Below are positions 59,698 through 64,000 of a stretch of DNA of 64,000 nucleotides, one piece after another. The notes below the pieces were generated by a model, which was not told where the DNA came from, did not search any database, and saw nothing but the letters and a program-made list of their open reading frames with translations. Within the stretch, counting starts at the first letter, position 1. Each line of letters opens with the position of its first letter. Location of the stretch: NCBI GenBank assembly GCA_965223795.1, contig CBDCXL010000002.1, positions 448,001-512,000 on the forward strand, given 5' to 3'. Made by a program: the position numbers and the translations under genes. This DNA comes from Nitrospinales bacterium (GTDB lineage: Bacteria > Nitrospinota > Nitrospinia > Nitrospinales > VA-1).

Positions 59698-60213
59698 CTA
59701 TCGGGGAGGATAGGGTTCCTTGTGGGGTTGGGGCGTGCCGTTGGTTTTGTTGACGGAGCGCAGACCTTCCGCCGCCGCCTTCATGAGCGGCACGATCAGG
59801 GAGGGTTTGAAGTTGTCGAGCGGGTTGTGCAGGAAGTTCTGCACTTCTTTGCGCACCTGTGTGAGTTCCGATTCGATTACGGACGCTTCGTTTTCCAGCT
59901 CGGTGATCACCCTGTCGCGGACGCTGCGGATTTCCTCGATCCGGACTTCGCCTTCTGAGCGTTGCGCCAGAAAAACCAGAACCCCGGCGATCGAGAAATC
60001 CAGCGCGGCCACCGCGAACCCCGCACCGGCAGAGCCCCAGTACGGCTGCAGAAAAAAGAAGATCGCCACGTTCAGCATCGCCAGCCCGAAAACGGCGATC
60101 ACGCCCGCCAGGCTCACCAAGCCGGTCTTGCGGCTCATTTGCTTGAGTTGCGCCTCGAGCAGCAGTTTTTCGGAGCGCCCTGCCAGGCGCGCCAGGCTGA
60201 ACAGCCGTTTCAT
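59698..60213 (-). CDS. YqjE/holin-X-like membrane protein
   Basis: Two TMs after an E..L...LK helix, C-terminal coiled coil. Confidence 0.65.
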   Translation of the reverse strand: MKRLFSLARLAGRSEKLLLEAQLKQMSRKTGLVSLAGVIAVFGLAMLNVAIFFFLQPYWGSAGAGFAVAALDFSIAGVLVFLAQRSEGEVRIEEIRSVRDRVITELENEASVIESELTQVRKEVQNFLHNPLDNFKPSLIVPLMKAAAEGLRSVNKTNGTPQPHKEPYPPR

Positions 60214-60223
60214 GCGACGCCTC

Positions 60224-60526
60224 CTAACGGCGCAGGATGCACCCGATCACCACACCCGCGGCGAAAGAACCCAAAAGCGCCAGCGCCGGCCGGTCGCGCG
60301 TGACTTTTTCCACCTCGCCCGCAAGATCCTTGGCCACCTTTCCGGCTTCCTTCACAGCGGTGTTGTCCAGAATCGCATCTTTTATGGATTCGCCGTCCAG
60401 GTTGTTCTTTAAAAAATCCTCCGCTTTTTTAGCCGCGGTCATCACTTTTTCCTGCTCCGTGTGCAGCGCTTCCAGCGCTTTTCTGAGAGCATCGACTTCA
60501 TCACTTGCATTCTTTGCCTTGGCCAT
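60224..60526 (-). CDS. ElaB/YqjD (DUF883)-like tail-anchored protein
   Basis: Helical body with DRPALALLGSFAAGVVIGCILRR tail. Confidence 0.75.
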   Translation of the reverse strand: MAKAKNASDEVDALRKALEALHTEQEKVMTAAKKAEDFLKNNLDGESIKDAILDNTAVKEAGKVAKDLAGEVEKVTRDRPALALLGSFAAGVVIGCILRR

Positions 60527-60541
60527 GTTTCGCTCCTTGTA

Positions 60542-60787
60542 TCAATCCTTGTCCAGTGCTTTTTTGATGCGCAGAAAGCCTTCCTTGAGTTCGGAACCCA
60601 GATCCCCCACCGCATCCTTGATCCGGTCCATCGAATCGTCTAGGTCCGCCCGGTGGGAAAAGTCCTGCCACTTGCCTTCCAGTTCCTTCCATTCGTCCTG
60701 CAATTCTTTGCTGCCCAGATGAATTTTCAGCGCAATTTCGTCCCTCTTCTGCTTCAGGTCGTTCAGGATATCGTCGCAATCGGACAT
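60542..60787 (-). CDS. Small helical hypothetical protein
   Basis: LKQKRDEIALKIHLG..E...EW..LE.KW; GGAG RBS. Confidence 0.75.
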   Translation of the reverse strand: MSDCDDILNDLKQKRDEIALKIHLGSKELQDEWKELEGKWQDFSHRADLDDSMDRIKDAVGDLGSELKEGFLRIKKALDKD

Positions 60788-61320
60788 TCCACTCTCCATT
60801 GTTTATTTATTTTTGATCATCATGGATTGTCAACTGCCAGTGATCTCAACCAGCCTTTGGGAGTTCTCCAGCATAGAAAATCCGAACGCCCATCGACCCT
60901 TCTGGAGGACAAATCCTTCTGAACCCCGTGGTCCTCATTAAGCCGTTGGCAAATGTCCATGATGGATGTCTCTCAATTATATTGAAAATGGATGCCGTGT
61001 GAAGAAAATCTCTGGTTGTTTCGATGATTTACTGAAGAGCAAGTCTTATGCCGATCGAACGGCGGAGCCGCATCGTCTATGCATTGAGAATATACATTTG
61101 TTTTTAAAGGGAAAATGGACGGGACCGCGATCTCGCACTAAAAAATGCGGACCGCCCCGGGTGCGAAACCAGCCGGTTGGCCGGGTGATAACCACCGCTA
61201 AAATCAGGAGCCGGTGGATATCCCCCTTGGTGTTTTATGGGGACACCGGGGATCGGAAGTGGAATCTTCGGGCAGGGAAAATCGTAAGAAAAGGTATCGC
61301 TGTGGGCGTGGTGCGGGAAT

Positions 61321-61650
61321 TCACTTCGCTGGCAGCGTTTTTGCGAATGTGAGGGCGCGTTCGATCCAGGTTTTGAGCTGCGCGTCGGATTTCCAGCCCG
61401 CGGGTTCGACGTACACCATGCTCTTGAGCGGTTTGCCGGTGAAGTCCATGTCGCGGGTGTGCGGCTCGGCGAGCGCGGCTTTCGTCCCCGCTTCACCCAG
61501 CCGCAGCACGAGGTCGGTTTTCATCACGCCGCAGACCATGTTGCCGTTCAGCATGAAGGCGAGGCCGCCGAACATCCTGCGCTCGGTGATTCCCTTGCGC
61601 CGCTTCAACACGCCGCGCACGCGCTCCGCTGTCGCTTCGTCGTAGGCCAT
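61321..61650 (-). CDS. TfoX N-terminal domain protein
   Basis: MAYDE..AERVR, RMFGGLAFMLNGNM, LKTWIERALTFAKTLP. Confidence 0.9.
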   Translation of the reverse strand: MAYDEATAERVRGVLKRRKGITERRMFGGLAFMLNGNMVCGVMKTDLVLRLGEAGTKAALAEPHTRDMDFTGKPLKSMVYVEPAGWKSDAQLKTWIERALTFAKTLPAK

Positions 61651-61769
61651 CGTCCCTCTCGCATAGTTGTCATCCGGCTTGCGCCGCGCCGCGGCTGAGG
61701 ATCCAGCCGAACGCGGCTCCCGCAACACATTCTGTATCAGGATGCCATCCTTTCTCTATGAAAAAATAC

Positions 61770-62213
61770 TCAATCCTCGGAGTCGAAACAAAGGCCGTCG
61801 GGCTTGCGTCCTTCGCACGCGTCCTTGAGGCGCGGAAACGCGAACTCCACCCAGCCGGTGCCGAACGCATCGGCGGAGGATTTCTTGACGATGTTGTGGT
61901 GGCGCAGCTTGAGCCGCGTCCCCTGCCCTTCCGCCGCAAGCGTGATCTCGACGGTCGAGCTTCCGGCTGGAATGTCCTCGATGCCGCCCCAGGTGAACAC
62001 CACCTTTTCGTGCGGCACCACCTCGACGTATTCGCCGCGGCAGTGCATGCCCCGATGCGAGCCCACATGAAAGACCCCGCCGGGCCGCGCGGCGGCCTCC
62101 ACGATCTCGCCGAACCACTCCTTCATTTTGGTTTCTTCGGTCAGATAGGCGAACACGGTTTCCGGCCGCGCCTCGATGACGATCTCGCGTGTGATTTCAT
62201 ACGTCTCGCTCAT
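61770..62213 (-). CDS. SRPBCC/AHSA1 domain protein
   Basis: ARPETVFAYLT, RPGG, VVFTW, GTRLKLRH, GW. Confidence 0.9.
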   Translation of the reverse strand: MSETYEITREIVIEARPETVFAYLTEETKMKEWFGEIVEAAARPGGVFHVGSHRGMHCRGEYVEVVPHEKVVFTWGGIEDIPAGSSTVEITLAAEGQGTRLKLRHHNIVKKSSADAFGTGWVEFAFPRLKDACEGRKPDGLCFDSED

Positions 62214-62530
62214 GATTTTCTCCTGCTTTTTTTCTCGTTTTTTTCGACGGCGGATTTCAGTTTCTCCAGGCGCTCATCCCAGAAGCCTTCCAGAAACGCC
62301 TTCAGTTGCGCGAATCCCTCGGGCCGCACACGATACAGCCGGCGCGTGCCCTGCCGGCGTTCGGCAAGCAGGCCCGCCCGCTTCAGCACGCTCAGATGCT
62401 GGGAGACCGCCGGACGGGTGATTCCCGTGAACTTCCGGGCGATGTCGCCCGCGGACATCTCCCGGCGGCGCACCAGGCGCAGAATTTCGAACCGTGTGGG
62501 GTCCGCCATCGCTTGTATGGTTTCGAACAT
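62210..62530 (-). CDS. ArsR/SmtB family regulator
   Basis: ADPTRFEIL, RPAVSQHLSVLK.AGL, GTRRLY. Confidence 0.93.
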   Translation of the reverse strand: MFETIQAMADPTRFEILRLVRRREMSAGDIARKFTGITRPAVSQHLSVLKRAGLLAERRQGTRRLYRVRPEGFAQLKAFLEGFWDERLEKLKSAVEKNEKKSRRKS

Positions 62531-62536
62531 GGCATT

Positions 62537-62565
62537 ATGTTAGTTTAATCTTACGTTAGTGTCAA
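62537..62565 (-). promoter_or_regulatory. Sigma70 promoter of arsR, likely leaderless, with candidate operator
   Basis: Minus strand TTGACA-N17-TAACAT ending 6 nt before the ATG; GTTAGT repeats and TTAGT/ACTAA dyad overlap it. Confidence 0.6.
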
Positions 62566-62636
62566 CTAAAATTTATAGGACCGGCCTTTTTAAGCGACAA
62601 TGAGGACCTTGAACCCTTGAAAAGAAAGGACGGACG

Positions 62637-63005
62637 ATGATCGACCACATTGTAATTGGTGTGAAAAATTACGAAACCAGCCGCGAGTTTTACCGCGATG
62701 TTCTGGCCCCATTGGGCTATGAACTGCTGATGGAAATCGAAGGTTTCGCCGGGTTCGGCCCGAAGGATTTCAAGCCTGGGTTCTGGATGACCGATCAGCG
62801 CGAACGTTCGCCGCAGGTGCATTTCTGCTTCCAGTCGCCGACGCGCGCCGGGGTGCGGAATTTCCACAAGGCGGCGCTGGCGGCGGGTGGCAAGGAGGAA
62901 ACGCCCCCCGGAATCGTTGAGGAATACCATCCCTCCTACTACGCGGCGTTCGTGTTCGACCCGGACGGCTACAAGATCGAAGCGGTGTGTCTGGAAGCGG
63001 AATGA
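62637..63005 (+). CDS. VOC/glyoxalase family protein
   Basis: MIDHI, HFCF, ALAAGG, YYAAFVFDPDGYKIEAV. Confidence 0.93.
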   Translation: MIDHIVIGVKNYETSREFYRDVLAPLGYELLMEIEGFAGFGPKDFKPGFWMTDQRERSPQVHFCFQSPTRAGVRNFHKAALAAGGKEETPPGIVEEYHPSYYAAFVFDPDGYKIEAVCLEAE

Positions 63006-63012
63006 GGCGGGG

Positions 63013-63585
63013 TCATTTCCCGTAGCCCGAAACGACGCACTCTTTGTTGTCCAGGCTTTCCTGGAGGGCGTTTCTCACTTCCTTGCCGTCGATGAAATGC
63101 CGGGTTTTCGTCACCGGCTTGCCGTCGACAAACTCGGTCTTGGATTTGATGCGGGCGTTTTTGAAGCGGGTGCTGATTCTGTAATAATCGGCGATGTCTT
63201 TCAGCTTTTCCGGCGGGTAATGGCACTCCATCTTCCCTTTCATGGGCATGGTCTCCACGTAGTGGCATTTCCCTTCTTTCATGCCGGTGACGCGCCGCTG
63301 CTGTTTCTGCCCGGTGAACGCGTGGATGAACTCCTGCTCGAATTTCGTGCAGTCCTCAAGATGCGCCGCGAGCGCCTGCATCTCCTTCGCCTCGCATTGC
63401 TCGCTTTCGCTTTCCAATGTTTCGGGTGTCAGCGTTTTCGCCAGTTCCTTGCAGGCCGGAGCCAGCGGGTGCTGTTCGCTGCGCACGCCAAGGCAGTCGC
63501 ACACGGTGACGTTCTTGTTATCAGCGGCCGCCATTTCGGGCCGGAATGCAAGGCACAGCAGGACAAAAAGCAGAAATCGTTTCAT
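63013..63585 (-). CDS. Secreted Cys-containing hypothetical protein
   Basis: Signal peptide, eight Cys in the mature part, no CXXCH. Confidence 0.75.
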   Translation of the reverse strand: MKRFLLFVLLCLAFRPEMAAADNKNVTVCDCLGVRSEQHPLAPACKELAKTLTPETLESESEQCEAKEMQALAAHLEDCTKFEQEFIHAFTGQKQQRRVTGMKEGKCHYVETMPMKGKMECHYPPEKLKDIADYYRISTRFKNARIKSKTEFVDGKPVTKTRHFIDGKEVRNALQESLDNKECVVSGYGK

Positions 63586-63709
63586 GAGCGGTTTCCTTCA
63601 TTAAATATCTTTCCGGGAAGCCGCTATCATGCAACGGAGATCGGCCGGGAGCAACTTAAATTGCGATATGGGCTTGAATTCAACGGGTTTTGACGGCAGG
63701 AAACGGCGT

Positions 63710-64000
63710 TCAACGGTCGTTCTTGTCCATCAATTGCTTGAGATGGCGCCTGGCGTAGCGGCGCACTTTGAGGACGAGTTTGCGGTTGTTCCGGTCCTTG
63801 AGAGATTTCATTCCGTGTGTGTTTAAAAATTTCAGGATGGCGCGATCCCGGAACAGTTCTTCGGGGATGGGTTCGTGCGGTTTGCCTTTGAGCAAACGCT
63901 TGAGCTGGGATTCGCTCAGAGCGGAATCCGACAGGCGGCGCGCTTTGGGAACGTAATAGGTTTTCTGGAGCCGTTTTTCTTTTTTTTGCGGAGACGTCCG
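63710..64000 (-). CDS. Basic hypothetical protein, 3' part only
   Basis: Frame open from the window end to the stop at 63710; no recognised motif. Confidence 0.45.
   Translation of the reverse strand, partial: RTSPQKKEKRLQKTYYVPKARRLSDSALSESQLKRLLKGKPHEPIPEELFRDRAILKFLNTHGMKSLKDRNNRKLVLKVRRYARRHLKQLMDKNDR

Noticed and set aside
59698..60213. Prophage inferred from the holin-like gene
   Set aside because: No structural, lysin or integrase genes nearby.
60966..61352. 128 aa ORF with faint likeness to an integrase N-terminal SAM segment (KSYADRTAE...IHLF)
   Set aside because: Similarity too weak, no catalytic domain, and it overlaps the tfoX end; needs a profile search.

Overview
A GC-rich bacterial chromosome segment, mostly core genes. 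The CydA-like oxidase plus membrane cytochrome c cluster, the Na+-type stator signature and the betaine genes suggest (inference) a Nitrospina/Nitrospira-type nitrite oxidiser, probably marine. In order it holds: nusB and ribH-ribBA-ribE-ribD; motAB behind a degenerate REC/HD-GYP gene; a NACHT-FGE gene; an accessory patch at 9.9-13.4 kb (rhomboid, low-GC YcxB-like gene, GxxExxY nuclease) interleaved with repeats; cinA, purE-tsaC-acpS and lpxL; REC-CheB and HDOD; a betaine methyltransferase with a BCCT transporter; a sigma54-driven flagellar cluster (fliL to fliA); amtB and a porin; ltaE and rpoZ; a four-gene bd-like oxidase/cytochrome c operon; hisD; LPS genes; gcvPB; and an accessory right end. 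The most notable structures not explained by the ORF list are: (1) a composite ~170-185 bp non-coding element in three copies with fixed module order, one module of which also forms the inverted repeat abutting the GxxExxY nuclease gene; (2) a 129 bp TIR-bounded MITE-like element carrying REP-like hairpins, next to a truncated doxX and partly repeated at the edge of a low-GC island; (3) that island, which encodes an apparent split Rieske oxygenase (catalytic domain fused to a saccharopine-dehydrogenase-like domain, plus a stand-alone Rieske protein) broken by one TAA; (4) signalling proteins with degenerate catalytic motifs. No rRNA, tRNA, CRISPR array or transposase was recognised. All calls come from reading motifs by eye; no database searches were run.
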